The translations under genes were made by a program, and so were the position numbers. 64,000 nt of DNA from Promethearchaeota archaeon (lineage in GTDB: Archaea; Asgardarchaeota; Lokiarchaeia; Sigyniarchaeales; SOKP01). Shown here in pieces: positions 1 to 11,219 of this stretch. The stretch covers positions 354,184-418,183 of the forward strand of contig JAHPZA010000004.1 of assembly GCA_019058445.1 (NCBI GenBank). Reading direction: 5' to 3'. A model generated the notes under the pieces. That model was not told the origin of the DNA. It ran no database searches and saw nothing but the letters and a program-made list of their open reading frames with translations. Positions within the stretch are counted from its first letter, which is position 1. Each line of letters starts with the position of its first letter.

Positions 1-358
1 CTGTACTCCCAATCCTCGGTTTTAAGCTTTTTAGTTCTGCATCTTTTTCTTTTCTCTTCTCTATCATATATGCTTTCTCTCCTAGAGAGGACTCGATAGC
101 TTGAGCCGTTTTTTCCATCTCTGGTTTAATCTTTTTTAATTGTGCATCCCTCTCTTTTTGCTTTTCGATATTCCAAGCTTTCTCACTGACAGATTTTTGA
201 ATTTGTGATTTACTTGTTTCAAATTTCTTTTTTCTATCCACTTCAGTGTTCTTTAAATATTCTTCTCTTTCTTCCTTTTCTTTTTTATACAGATCTTCGA
301 CAATTTTCTTCTGTTGTTTAATTTCTTCTGAAGACAACGGTTTATCATTATCACTCAA
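1..358 (-). CDS. Partial (runs off window start) highly charged, Lys/Glu-rich coiled-coil protein with an internal repeat
   Basis: Hand translation from TTG at 358 (GGTG upstream): MSDNDKPLSSEEIKQQKK...; repeats EKAWNIEKQKERDAQLK and EKAYMIEEEKKKDAELK; no stop before position 1. Confidence 0.6.
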   Translation of the reverse strand, partial: MSDNDKPLSSEEIKQQKKIVEDLYKKEKEEREEYLKNTEVDRKKKFETSKSQIQKSVSEKAWNIEKQKERDAQLKKIKPEMEKTAQAIESSLGEKAYMIEKRKEKDAELKSLKPRIGST

Positions 359-501
359 TATTCTAACACCCTTTCTAATTATAACATTTTTTCTAAAATA
401 ATTATGAGAACAGATATATATTAATTTACTTATTCGATGGAGATGCAAGAAATTAAGATTCCTAAGGAGTTAAACTTGAAGCTTTCTAGAGGGTTTATAA
501 C

Positions 502-1245
502 TTATCCTTCAGCCTTTTTGATGGGGATTGGTTCATAAGACTCATCAACAGATTCCATTAGGCTTAAAACAGTCAGTTTCATTGCTAACATTTCATTTAC
601 TTCTTTTAATAGCTTTGAATATATCTCAGATTGCATTGAAAGATTACAAGAAAGCACTAAACTATCATAAACCTCTTTTAATTTTATTCTTAATTCATCT
701 TGGTTGTTTAAGCTGATAAATTGAGAGTCTAGCCATTTGTCTATTTTTTTCTTAATTTCGATTTCATTCGCATCGTTGAGGATATAGCTTACTTCAATTT
801 CTTCATAGTCCTTAATTTTATTTAAATAAACTTCATCAGAATACATAGGTTTGAGGATTAATCCAAGATTAATAATCAAAGGCTGAAGCTCTAACTTTCC
901 TAATGATTGGGCTAAAAAGTTGAGGATTTCTTCTTTTTGTGATAAGTTAGAATAGGTTATATACTCTTGGAGAAACCTCATTATAGCGTTTTTAACTAAA
1001 AGTTCTTCATAATCATTGATCTCCGCTTGAATTTCTAAGGTTTTCTTGATGCAAATATACACGGAGTTCATAAACGGCTTTAATTCTTTGAACATATAAA
1101 AGTTTTGGATAAACTTTAGAACTTTATCGAGCACTGCGTGTTTCTTGTCTTCGGGCCAATTGAAAATAACTTGGTCTAAATCGAATTTCCCATCATTTAT
1201 TGCTAATAGTGTTTTTATTTCGGAATATTTAGATTCAAGTTCCAT
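502..1245 (-). CDS. Hypothetical helical protein
   Basis: 247-aa ORF with normal composition; no motif recognised. Confidence 0.7.
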   Translation of the reverse strand: MELESKYSEIKTLLAINDGKFDLDQVIFNWPEDKKHAVLDKVLKFIQNFYMFKELKPFMNSVYICIKKTLEIQAEINDYEELLVKNAIMRFLQEYITYSNLSQKEEILNFLAQSLGKLELQPLIINLGLILKPMYSDEVYLNKIKDYEEIEVSYILNDANEIEIKKKIDKWLDSQFISLNNQDELRIKLKEVYDSLVLSCNLSMQSEIYSKLLKEVNEMLAMKLTVLSLMESVDESYEPIPIKKAEG

Positions 1246-1456
1246 TGATGAGAGAAAAAAAGTAAATTAAAATTTGGTAACAGTTTAAATAATTATCTCC
1301 TTAATTATTTAAATAGCTTTTGATTGGATGATAATTTTGTTCTATAGAGACATATTTTTTATTTGAAAATTTTTGAATTTATTTATCAACTTTCTCGTTT
1401 AGTCATTGCTATATATCTAAAGATTAAAATTCAATGGGGATATTATTTCTTTTATA

Positions 1457-3070
1457 ATGAAGAAACGACATATAACAAAAGAGATTCTTTCCAGTGCCGA
1501 AATAATTGCTGGCTTGGAATTCAGTGATGAGAAAAGGGAAAAAATGTTAGGTTTTCTTAAAGTATTTCTTTCTAATTATATAGAACAAAGGAAAGAAATT
1601 TTGGGATTTAATAAAGAACCTCCTATTTATTTTAATCCACAATTGCCAGGTATTAGTTATTTTAAAGAACCAAAACAAAATAATTATAGTATATTAACGA
1701 GTGTAGAATTACCCTCAAATACCGAAGAAGTTGCTTTTTATTCTCTTATTCAACTCTCTTGGTTATTAAAGGAACAAAAGATAAGTTCAATGGAACTAAC
1801 GAACATGTATCTCCAAAGGTTGAAAAAATTTAATTCTAAACTTGAATGTGTTATTACATTTACAGAAAATATTGCGTTAGAACAAGCAGAAATAGCAGAC
1901 AAGGAAATCTCAGAAGGAAAATATCGGGGCCTTTTGCATGGTATTCCATATGGAGTAAAAGATTTATTTGCATTTCCAAGCTTTCCTACAACATGGGGTG
2001 CAGAACCATACAAAAATCAAATAATAAATGAAAAAGCCACAATTATTAAGAGATTAGAAAAAGCCGGTGCCATCATGATAGCTAAGTTGTCTACGGGTGA
2101 ACTAGCATCTGATCACATCTGGTTTGGAGGTAAGACTAAATCACCTTGGAATTTGGAAAAACCAGCGGGTGGTTCCTCTTGTGGACCTGCTGCAGCAGTA
2201 GCAGCAGGATTAGTAGGATTTGCGATTGGTACAGAAACATGGGGTAGTATTATCAATCCATCAGAAAGATGTGGTGTTACGGGTTTGCGCCCTACTTATG
2301 GGCGAGTAAGTAGACATGGAGCTATGACATTAAGTTGGACAATGGATAAGATAGGGCCAATTTGTCGAACTGTTGAGGATTGTGCCATTGTTTTTAACAC
2401 CATTTATGGCCCTGATAAGTATGACAAAACTATTGTAGATATACCCTTTAATTGGAATGTTAATCAAAGATTATCTGATATAAGAATAGGATACACAAAA
2501 AATTTATTTGAAAGAGAGAGAGAGTCGAAAAAATATGATGATAAGACTCTTAATGTTTTAAGAAGATTAGGAGTAAATTTAATACCAATCAATCTTCCAA
2601 ATATATCGAATATAGCATTATATATTATAATCTTAGCTGAAGCAGCCACATTTTTCGAAGAACTTACTCTAACAGGAAAGGATGAATTACTAACTAATCA
2701 GAGTGAATATGGATGGGCAAATGAATTCAGAGTCGCAAGAATGATACCCGCAGTAGAGTATCTTAAAGCAAATCGGATTCGGAGATTAATTATGGAAGAA
2801 ATGCTTAAAATATTCACAAATACGGACGTATTTATTACGCCTACGATTGATCATTCGAATAATTTTTGGTCAACAACATCGAATTTCTTGACTAACTTAA
2901 CCGGTCATCCTGCCGTTGTAGTTCCAAATGGTTTTAAAGAAAATAATATGCCGTCAAGCATTACTTTTATTGGTGATTTATACAAAGAAGCGGAAACCCT
3001 AAGAGTAGCAAAAGCATATCAGGATGCAACTGATTTTCATATAAGAAGACCAAACTCATTTTTACCTTAA
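1457..3070 (+). CDS. Amidase-signature family enzyme
   Basis: LHGIPYGVKDL, GGSSCGPAAAV, IGTETWGSI and GLRPTYGRVSR motifs. Confidence 0.9.
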   Translation: MKKRHITKEILSSAEIIAGLEFSDEKREKMLGFLKVFLSNYIEQRKEILGFNKEPPIYFNPQLPGISYFKEPKQNNYSILTSVELPSNTEEVAFYSLIQLSWLLKEQKISSMELTNMYLQRLKKFNSKLECVITFTENIALEQAEIADKEISEGKYRGLLHGIPYGVKDLFAFPSFPTTWGAEPYKNQIINEKATIIKRLEKAGAIMIAKLSTGELASDHIWFGGKTKSPWNLEKPAGGSSCGPAAAVAAGLVGFAIGTETWGSIINPSERCGVTGLRPTYGRVSRHGAMTLSWTMDKIGPICRTVEDCAIVFNTIYGPDKYDKTIVDIPFNWNVNQRLSDIRIGYTKNLFERERESKKYDDKTLNVLRRLGVNLIPINLPNISNIALYIIILAEAATFFEELTLTGKDELLTNQSEYGWANEFRVARMIPAVEYLKANRIRRLIMEEMLKIFTNTDVFITPTIDHSNNFWSTTSNFLTNLTGHPAVVVPNGFKENNMPSSITFIGDLYKEAETLRVAKAYQDATDFHIRRPNSFLP

Positions 3071-3105
3071 TTATAAAAAGGAGTTTGAAATAATTTTTTT
3101 AATTA

Positions 3106-4434
3106 TTACAAGGGTGTTAAGGCAGTACTTCCATGTTTTTGAGCTTCTTCAATTAAAGGCATAAGTTCTTCAGCCGGAATGGGAACCAAGTCAAAAACGG
3201 TCATTCCTGCTAATTTTAATATTGCTTTAACAGTTTCTGCTAAGTTATTACAATCCCCCGAAAAAAAAACTTTCCTCTTACCAAACGCTTCTACTAATTT
3301 TTCTCCAACTTCATCAATTGCACAATACCCCGCTACAAGACCTTTTTTAAATCCTTCAGCTTTTAATTGATCCACAAGATTTTCGTCATGGCCTTTACCC
3401 ATTATTACAAACCAACCTCCCTTGAATTTATCGGGATAATCATAGGCAAATCCTTGTAACGTTGCAAGTACATTATTTTTACATCCCTCTATACAAAGCA
3501 ACTCTTTTCCTTTAATGATTTTAACATCATTAGGAAATTCCTGTAATAAATCCCAATCATATTTCTCTTTGTATTCTTCTAAGTCTTTTCCAATAACATT
3601 GATTTTGCTTATATCTCCTTCTCCTAATCCTCGCTCATAGGCTATTTTTAAGTGAGGAACTTCATTCATAGATAATCCAAATATTCTTGCTCCTATGACA
3701 TCCACTGCTAAGGTATCTCTTCCTCCAATCAATATATTAAATGGAATGACGAGACGATCTGCAAAAGCAGTAGGAGGGTAATGCCCGTGAATTGTTCCTT
3801 CAATCCCATCAATGATGGTTATATCTGGTTTTATATATTCATACACATCAACCAGTTTTGAATGTAAATTGAAGTTATGATCTTTCCCACGGTCTTCATG
3901 TTGAGGAAAACCCCATTGATTCTTAATGCCAAGAGTTACTCTAGCCATAGAGTGCGTTTTAAGTTTCGGTATATTTATATATGTAATTGATTCTCTATTT
4001 TCCATAATTTTGATGATAGTCTGAGGCAATCTGAATGTTTTTAAATTATATCCCTTAGGATCATCTTTTACCGAAGCTTTTCCTTTAAATTCAAAGGTTT
4101 TGCTATCTTCCTCATCTAAATAGATAATGTCTGTTCCTGTTCTATCACATACATCTTTAAAGCCACTTATTGCGAAAACAATACGAGTCATATTTGCTTG
4201 TGTGGAGTTTTCCATCACATATACTTTTGCGCCTATACCTTTTAGATATTCAATTACCATTTCAAGTACTTCTGGGGATGTATACACATGTTTTTTGAAA
4301 TCTATACCATTAACTTTGATATAAACTTCTTTTGAGCTTTTTAAAATAGGACCAGATTTTTCTAAATAGGAAAATAGTTCTTGAACTGCTAAATTTATCC
4401 CTTTTTTTGTATCAACAATATATACATCTGTCAT
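3106..4434 (-). CDS. DUF362-family (Fe-S associated) protein
   Basis: IKVN, INIPKLKTH, TLGIKNQWG and IIDGI motifs; Cys residues in the C-terminal part. Confidence 0.8.
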   Translation of the reverse strand: MTDVYIVDTKKGINLAVQELFSYLEKSGPILKSSKEVYIKVNGIDFKKHVYTSPEVLEMVIEYLKGIGAKVYVMENSTQANMTRIVFAISGFKDVCDRTGTDIIYLDEEDSKTFEFKGKASVKDDPKGYNLKTFRLPQTIIKIMENRESITYINIPKLKTHSMARVTLGIKNQWGFPQHEDRGKDHNFNLHSKLVDVYEYIKPDITIIDGIEGTIHGHYPPTAFADRLVIPFNILIGGRDTLAVDVIGARIFGLSMNEVPHLKIAYERGLGEGDISKINVIGKDLEEYKEKYDWDLLQEFPNDVKIIKGKELLCIEGCKNNVLATLQGFAYDYPDKFKGGWFVIMGKGHDENLVDQLKAEGFKKGLVAGYCAIDEVGEKLVEAFGKRKVFFSGDCNNLAETVKAILKLAGMTVFDLVPIPAEELMPLIEEAQKHGSTALTPL

Positions 4435-4609
4435 GAACTAATCACCTTAGAATACTAAGTCATTCATCAAATAAAATTTTATTATTTCTTAAATTACCAA
4501 AATATTATTGGGATGTATAATTATAAATTTTAAGCCTTAATATTATATATTCTATTAAAATAACAGATTAATATATAAAATAAATTTTAAATAAGAAAGG
4601 ATAATTAAA

Positions 4610-5935
4610 TTGACTGAAAATATCATTGAGGTTAAAAATCTTACTAAAATTTATGAAGAGGGCAATGTTTTAGCTGTTGATAATATTAGTTTTAATATAA
4701 AAAGAGGGGAGATATTCGCTTTATTAGGACCTAATGGGGCAGGTAAAACTACTACCATTTCTATTTTAGCCACTCTGTTGTTTCCTACTGAAGGAACGGC
4801 TATTGTAAATAATTTTGACGTCCAAAAGAATCCAGATTATGTTCGAAGAAGCATTGGAATTGTATTCCAAGAACCCTCGTTGGACAGTGAAATGAAAGGT
4901 GTTGAAAATTTAGAAATACACGCTGTTTTATACGGAATGTCAAAAAATAAAAGACGAAAAAAAATTAAAGAGGTACTTAAGCTCGTTGATTTAGAAGATA
5001 AAGCAAGTGCATTTGTAAAGAATTATTCAGGAGGAATGAAAAGACGATTAGAAATTGCGCGAGGTTTATTACATGAACCTCATATTTTATTTTTAGACGA
5101 ACCAACTTTGGGCTTAGATCCTCAGACGCGACGAAAAATTTGGGAAAAAATTATGGAGTTAAATAAGGAGTTAAATATTACAATTTTAATTACAACCCAT
5201 TATATGGAAGAAGCAGATGAGCTGGCCGATAGAATTTGTATCATGGATCATGGTAAAATAATTGCTCTGGATTCTTCTGAAAATCTTAAAAAACAAATCT
5301 CCGGAGATATAATTGATATCCAATTCGAAAAATTTGAAGATAAAACTAGAATTCCTATGCTAATTACTCAGCTTAGAGAATTGCCAGGAATTAAAAATCT
5401 TACCTTTGGTAGTTTGAAAGATCTCACAGATGAAATCCCTGCGAGTCTTAATCTCCCTAAAAATATTCCTAATGTTAATCCTGAAATGATCAAAGCACGA
5501 GTAAGAGAGATAATATCAGATCCTAATAAACTTATAGCAGCATGGAAAAAATATCCAATGGCATCCCAAATGTTTTTAAATGCTCCCTTAGAAATGAAAA
5601 AAAGGGTTGCGAATCTTTTTACGGATGATCAATTAAATCAAATTCCAGAAGAAATTAAAGATGAGATTGTAAAAATCAGACAGGGAGAAATTACAGAGCT
5701 AGAAAATGAAACTGAGCCAATAATTTCTATTTCTTGTGAGAATGGAGGAAAAAGTCTTCCTCAAATTATTCAAAAAATCAATAATAATAATTTAATCATA
5801 AAAACGGTTAATATGCACCAGCCCAAATTGGAGGATGTTTTTTTGCATTTTGTGGGTAGAGCGATAAGAGAAGAATCGTCGAATCGTTCTAAAAATATAA
5901 AACAATTTATTCAAATGAGGCAATTAAGGAAGTGA
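4610..5935 (+). CDS. DrrA-type ABC exporter ATP-binding subunit
   Basis: GPNGAGKTT, YSGGM, LFLDEPT, TTHY, C-terminal LEDVFL. Confidence 0.92.
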   Translation: MTENIIEVKNLTKIYEEGNVLAVDNISFNIKRGEIFALLGPNGAGKTTTISILATLLFPTEGTAIVNNFDVQKNPDYVRRSIGIVFQEPSLDSEMKGVENLEIHAVLYGMSKNKRRKKIKEVLKLVDLEDKASAFVKNYSGGMKRRLEIARGLLHEPHILFLDEPTLGLDPQTRRKIWEKIMELNKELNITILITTHYMEEADELADRICIMDHGKIIALDSSENLKKQISGDIIDIQFEKFEDKTRIPMLITQLRELPGIKNLTFGSLKDLTDEIPASLNLPKNIPNVNPEMIKARVREIISDPNKLIAAWKKYPMASQMFLNAPLEMKKRVANLFTDDQLNQIPEEIKDEIVKIRQGEITELENETEPIISISCENGGKSLPQIIQKINNNNLIIKTVNMHQPKLEDVFLHFVGRAIREESSNRSKNIKQFIQMRQLRK

Positions 5936-6741
5936 GAAGAATGGCAGATTTAACTCAAATGGAAAGAAAATTTAATTATCAGGCCGTGTGGATTTTGGCC
6001 AAAAGAGAAGTGATGGAATATTTGAGAAGCAAACCTAGAGTTATATCATCATTAGCACAAGGTTTTCTTTTTTTATTAATATTCAGTGCCGGATTTGCAA
6101 TTATTAGAATTAATATTCAAGGAGTAGCTATCGATTCCAGAGCATTCATCGCTTCAGGAATTGCAGCTATAATGATACTTTTTACAGGGATTTTTGGTGG
6201 AATGGGAGTAATGAGGGATAAAATGTTTGGTTTCATGAAAGAATTAATCGTGGCTCCTGTTAGCAGAAAAACATTGATGATGGGTAAAACTTTAGGAGTA
6301 GGTTTGCAAACTTTAATTCAGGTTGAAATAATTGTGAGTTTAAGTGCAGTGTTAGGTTTTTTTGGTTATGATATTAGTTTAATTTGGCGCATGTTGTTAA
6401 TTATTCCAGTAGCATTCTTAGCAAGCATAGGTATTGTAGGTATAGGATTGACTATTAGTACAAGGATTAGGGACTTCCAATCGTTTGGATTAATACAAAC
6501 TTTTATCGTCATGCCCATGTTCTGGTTTTCTGGAGCACTATTTGCATTCAATAATGTCCCCTTTTTTATGCAAGTTATAATGATGTGCAATCCTTTCACT
6601 TATAGCGTCGATTTATTCAGAGCTGTATTATTAAATGTTTCATTTTTTCCCGTATGGTTGGATTTATTAGTTATGATTATGTTTGGAACCATATTCATCC
6701 TAATAGGAGCACGATCATTCAGTAAAATGGAAATTAGTTAA
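5932..6741 (+). CDS. ABC-2 type permease
   Basis: About 6 TM segments; KELIVAPVSR, FSGALF and NPFTY motifs; overlaps the ATPase stop. Confidence 0.9.
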   Translation: MRRMADLTQMERKFNYQAVWILAKREVMEYLRSKPRVISSLAQGFLFLLIFSAGFAIIRINIQGVAIDSRAFIASGIAAIMILFTGIFGGMGVMRDKMFGFMKELIVAPVSRKTLMMGKTLGVGLQTLIQVEIIVSLSAVLGFFGYDISLIWRMLLIIPVAFLASIGIVGIGLTISTRIRDFQSFGLIQTFIVMPMFWFSGALFAFNNVPFFMQVIMMCNPFTYSVDLFRAVLLNVSFFPVWLDLLVMIMFGTIFILIGARSFSKMEIS

Positions 6742-6832
6742 TATCGAATTTCTTTAACTTATTTTTTCGCTTTTTGGATTATTTTATTAAAAAAAATAGA
6801 ATAAAGATTATTAATTATTAGGTAAATTCAAA

Positions 6833-8038
6833 TTAAAGAAATTTCAAATATTTATAATTTTTCTTTTTTATTGTTCTATATTTCTGACAAATGGGCGTTA
6901 GAATAATCATTATTAAGATTGCGTAAATTATTACTAGAACATAGCTCGGAAAACTAAAAATTTGGATCAACAATACAATTAACCAAAAATGAATTACATA
7001 ATAAAACAATGGAGTAGAACCTGTAATTGATATTTTCTTTAGAAGCGAATTTAGTTTAAGTTTATTGTGGATTAGATTTTCAACAGTAAAGAATATGTAA
7101 AAGACAATAAAAGTTATACCTGTCCAAAATAGAAAAAATGGTATTGATGGGGGATACTTCGTAAGATAAAAGAACGTTATTAGATTATCTGGATCCCATT
7201 TATTATAGTTAATATTGATATTATTACCTATATATCTAAACGGAAAAAAAAGAAATAGAAATATGAGTCCTACATATAAGATATGTTTCATAGTAGTTTT
7301 ATGATCTTTATTTATATACCTTCCAAACATCATACCTAAAAAAAGGATGGACAACCAAGGAATGACAGGATAAGTTACATACAACCATTTTGACTGTCCA
7401 GCATAAAAAAACATTAACATAATAAAAGGAAAATCACTACTCGGGAAAGGATCTTTTGGAATAAAAAATATTGGACAGATTAATGAACTTATAATAAATA
7501 TTATAAATGGATATTCATATTTTTTTGATGGAATCCATTGAGCTAAAGCTCCAATGATACAACACATACCTGTCAGCCATAAGATACCTAAATAAATCCA
7601 TATCTCTTCATTTTTAGAAGAAATTGAGGTAGGAACACCATGTTCTGAAGGCGCAAAAAGCCATGCTATGTTAACAATTGTTAATTGTAATAAAATCAAT
7701 ATTAAACCGCGAATAAGAAGGTAATTAGTAAGTTCTTTTTTAATTATCAATCTCTCTTCCAAATCATCGCTTAAATAATATTTCTGATGTCTTAATGAAA
7801 TTGAAATCCCTAAAAGAAAAATAAAACCCACCGCTGCTACATGGGTAATGACTCTGAATATAAATTGGGGGGTTGAAGGATACATAAATTGAGTGCCCCA
7901 ATATTCCTTTCCATATAGCTCCATACCCATAAAAGAAGATATATGATCTAAAGTCATTAAAAAGATAAGAAAAGCTCGAAAAAAATCAATGTATAAATAT
8001 CTTTCTTTTGGTTTATTTATATTTATTATTTTATTCAC
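6833..8038 (-). CDS. DUF1624/HGSNAT-like membrane acyltransferase
   Basis: RYLYIDFFRA..IFLMTLDH, KYPPS and YPVIPW motifs; polytopic. Confidence 0.75.
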   Translation of the reverse strand: MNKIININKPKERYLYIDFFRAFLIFLMTLDHISSFMGMELYGKEYWGTQFMYPSTPQFIFRVITHVAAVGFIFLLGISISLRHQKYYLSDDLEERLIIKKELTNYLLIRGLILILLQLTIVNIAWLFAPSEHGVPTSISSKNEEIWIYLGILWLTGMCCIIGALAQWIPSKKYEYPFIIFIISSLICPIFFIPKDPFPSSDFPFIMLMFFYAGQSKWLYVTYPVIPWLSILFLGMMFGRYINKDHKTTMKHILYVGLIFLFLFFPFRYIGNNININYNKWDPDNLITFFYLTKYPPSIPFFLFWTGITFIVFYIFFTVENLIHNKLKLNSLLKKISITGSTPLFYYVIHFWLIVLLIQIFSFPSYVLVIIYAILIMIILTPICQKYRTIKKKNYKYLKFL

Positions 8039-8073
8039 CTAAAATATAATTAAAAAAATTTTAATTTTTAAAA

Positions 8074-8814
8074 TTAATCATTTTTGAGAAGTGTTTTTTT
8101 TAATTTTTCTGGTAAAAAGAGCCCAAATTCGTAAAATATTGAACTAGTAATTAAGAGAGCACCTACTAAAATCCATAGAATTGGCGGTAAAACAAACGAT
8201 TCTAAAATTGCTCCTGAGCAAAATAATATGAACCCAGACATCAAAAATCTTCCTCTCCAAACGGATTCCTTCTTATCTGACTTTAATAATTTATTAGAAA
8301 ACAAAAATCCTATTATTAAACCCGAAAAAACGGCGAAAATATTGAAAACAATAGTAACAAAAAGCTGATAAGAAACTAAAAATATACTTCTTCTAGTAGC
8401 CTCTATTTCTAATATTGTATTTTTATCTAAAAACATAAAAAACAAAATGAAATAAATTTCATACAAAATACAAATTACCAAATATATCGAAAGTAGTTTT
8501 ATTTTATATTTTTCATATATTAACGAAAACACTGAATATATCAAACAAATAATAGCCAAGGGAATAAAGATATTTTGAACTACTAGCATAAATAGACTAT
8601 CTAAGATAATTCCAAATAAAATATATAGAAAGAAACTCAAGGCTCCTCCCCACCATCCTGAGCACATAAAAATCCAAGCAAATCCAAAACTAGCTTGTAC
8701 TGTTTTATTAAGTACACTTCTAGATTTTATAATTATTCTTAATCCTATTCCGAGAGATATGATAACAAAAAGAAATACTATTCCTCCATACAATAAATCA
8801 ATAGAACTTACCAA
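8074..8814 (-). CDS. Polytopic (~7 TM) membrane protein
   Basis: Hydrophobic segments throughout. Confidence 0.7.
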   Translation of the reverse strand: MVSSIDLLYGGIVFLFVIISLGIGLRIIIKSRSVLNKTVQASFGFAWIFMCSGWWGGALSFFLYILFGIILDSLFMLVVQNIFIPLAIICLIYSVFSLIYEKYKIKLLSIYLVICILYEIYFILFFMFLDKNTILEIEATRRSIFLVSYQLFVTIVFNIFAVFSGLIIGFLFSNKLLKSDKKESVWRGRFLMSGFILFCSGAILESFVLPPILWILVGALLITSSIFYEFGLFLPEKLKKTLLKND

Positions 8815-8949
8815 TTTAAATCACCCTTGTTTTACAATTTTATTTTAATATGAAGAATAATTGATTCTTTTTATAGTTTAAATATATTATGATAATTTTA
8901 ATTATAATTTATCATTAATAAAGGAAGGAAATATATAGGTGAATGTTTT

Positions 8950-9543
8950 TTGAGTTTGAATATAAGTGAGGTAAATGAGGAGGATAGAGGATCGCTATCT
9001 CCTTGCGGGATCCTATGTTTAGGGTGCGATACTCATCTTGGAGAAGGTATTGAAGCAGCTAATAAACTTGTAGAGATGTGGGAAGGTTGGAACATGTTAG
9101 ATGTAGGTCCAGTTCTAGGATTAAACGAAAAAGGGATAAAAACAACTTTGAAAACATTGAAAAAATATATAAAAGCAGGTAGTAGAGGGCTATGTCCTGG
9201 ATGTTATATCAATCCAGGGCCACCATCAGCTATTTGTGGTATCGCAAATTGTGTAAAATCTAAGGGATATTGGACTTGTGCTGAATGTAGTGAATATGAT
9301 CCTGACTCAGAAACTCCGTGTCCAAATATCGATGAAAATGCTATGCCGATTGCAGATAAAGGTCAAATGAGTAAAATGATTTGCGCTCGATATAGTAGGG
9401 ATACTGCTGAGAATTTAAAGAAATGCCGTGATGTCGGTTATTCTGAGTTTATAAAAGAGGCTAAGGAAAAAGTCAGAAAAGGCTGGAGAACTTGGCAAAT
9501 CATTAGCGATGAGAAAGTTTTTACAAATACAATGAAGAAATAG
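8950..9543 (+). CDS. DUF3795-family Cys-rich protein
   Basis: PCGILCLGC, CPGC, CGIANC and TCAEC motifs. Confidence 0.75.
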   Translation: MSLNISEVNEEDRGSLSPCGILCLGCDTHLGEGIEAANKLVEMWEGWNMLDVGPVLGLNEKGIKTTLKTLKKYIKAGSRGLCPGCYINPGPPSAICGIANCVKSKGYWTCAECSEYDPDSETPCPNIDENAMPIADKGQMSKMICARYSRDTAENLKKCRDVGYSEFIKEAKEKVRKGWRTWQIISDEKVFTNTMKK

Positions 9544-9640
9544 ATTAATTGAAATAATGATTTAGCTTTTTTTTTATTAATTTTATTTTATTTGTTTCAT
9601 TCTTGAGTACAAAACTAATTATATTAAAAAAACAGATATT

Positions 9641-10411
9641 ATGCCATTTTTAGAATATAAAGAAAAGAAAATATTTTATCAAATTAAAGAAGCTGAGACT
9701 AATAAAGCTATTATTTTTATACACGGCTCAGGAGGTAATTCTTACGTGTGGTATAATCAATTAGCTAATCTTGGTTTGAATTATAATATTATAGCAATTG
9801 ATTTACCTTCTCATGATCAATCTGACAAGTTTTCAGAACTTTCCCTTGAACTTTATGTAGGGGTTGTTAAAACCCTAATTGAAACTCTAAAGATAAAAGA
9901 AGTTATTCTCGCAGGTCATTCTTTAGGTGGAGCAGTCATTCAATCTTATTATTTCAATCATCCCGATGACGTATCTGCGCTAATTTTAGTAGGTACAGGT
10001 GCTAGATTAAGAGTCAGTCCAATAATACTTACATCACTACAAAACGACTATCAAGAATTTTTAGAAGGACTGCCAATCGGAGCTTTTTATCGCAAAACAT
10101 CTAAAGATTTAATTAATGAATATTTAGCTGAAACATCAAAAACGAATCCTCGAGTAACTTACAACGATTTTAAAATTTGTGATGGGTTTGATGCGATGGA
10201 CAAGTTGAGCTTAATTGATGTTCCATGCCTGATAATATGTGGTAAAGATGATAAGCTTACTCCACCTAAATATTCGAAGCATTTCCATGAAAATTTAAAG
10301 ATATCTGAACTGGTGATTATAGATAAAGCTAGTCATATGGTTATGCTTGAGAAACCTGAGGAAATGAATCAAGCTATAGAATTGTTCATAAAAAAATATT
10401 TATCAGTTTAA
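9641..10411 (+). CDS. Alpha/beta hydrolase
   Basis: FIHGSG, GHSLGG nucleophile elbow, GKDDKLTP, SHM. Confidence 0.9.
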   Translation: MPFLEYKEKKIFYQIKEAETNKAIIFIHGSGGNSYVWYNQLANLGLNYNIIAIDLPSHDQSDKFSELSLELYVGVVKTLIETLKIKEVILAGHSLGGAVIQSYYFNHPDDVSALILVGTGARLRVSPIILTSLQNDYQEFLEGLPIGAFYRKTSKDLINEYLAETSKTNPRVTYNDFKICDGFDAMDKLSLIDVPCLIICGKDDKLTPPKYSKHFHENLKISELVIIDKASHMVMLEKPEEMNQAIELFIKKYLSV

Positions 10412-10424
10412 AAAAGGGGCAGTG

Positions 10425-11039
10425 TTATTTTCGCAACATAGCGAAAATCCGAAGGTTTGTATGGGGAGTTATATCTTCTTCAACAAGATCAAAACCTAAA
10501 TGCTGATAAATAGGAATATTTTCTACGTCATGAGTTTCCAAATAACAGGGAATATTTTGCTCCTCACATTGAGCCAATTTCGGTTTTAATAATTTGCTCG
10601 CATAACCTTTACCTTGGTGTATAGGGTCTACGCCAATAGAGCTTAAGTACCAATGAGAAAAGTCTGCTGTATGGCGTTTATGGAGTAAAACTTTGTGACT
10701 TTCACAAATTTCTAGTCTTTTAAAGTATTCATCTCCCATCTTTTCATAGAAAGAATTAAATCCCGCCTTCCTTATTTTTTTTGCCTTCATTTCTGCTTCC
10801 CAGTACGGAAGCCAAATCGCAATGCCCTCCATATTATGAGATGTAGTATATACCTCACCAAATAAAGTCCCATATCTTAACATAAACTCAAAAATATATG
10901 GATTTTTTTCTATTCTGTCTTGACTGTCGGGAAGAGTATATACAGTGAATGGTTCTTGTTGAAATGCTCTGCTCATAACTTTCGCAGCCGTTATAATTTT
11001 TCCTTCGGGTAAACAAAACGGGCTATTTGGATCTAACAT
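10425..11039 (-). CDS. GNAT acetyltransferase
   Basis: WYLSSIGVDPIHQGKGYA and CYLET motifs. Confidence 0.88.
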   Translation of the reverse strand: MLDPNSPFCLPEGKIITAAKVMSRAFQQEPFTVYTLPDSQDRIEKNPYIFEFMLRYGTLFGEVYTTSHNMEGIAIWLPYWEAEMKAKKIRKAGFNSFYEKMGDEYFKRLEICESHKVLLHKRHTADFSHWYLSSIGVDPIHQGKGYASKLLKPKLAQCEEQNIPCYLETHDVENIPIYQHLGFDLVEEDITPHTNLRIFAMLRK

Positions 11040-11219
11040 TAAAAGATCTCACTCTATGAGGATTACTTCTGTTAAATAAAGATCTAAAATATAAAAATAT
11101 GCTCTCATATCAAATAATTTTAATATAAAATAGCAAGAATACATGTATATTTATATAATTAAATTAATTATCACTTCCCAATTCAATGTTAACATTCTTC
11201 TAAAACAAGGGAAGATAAA

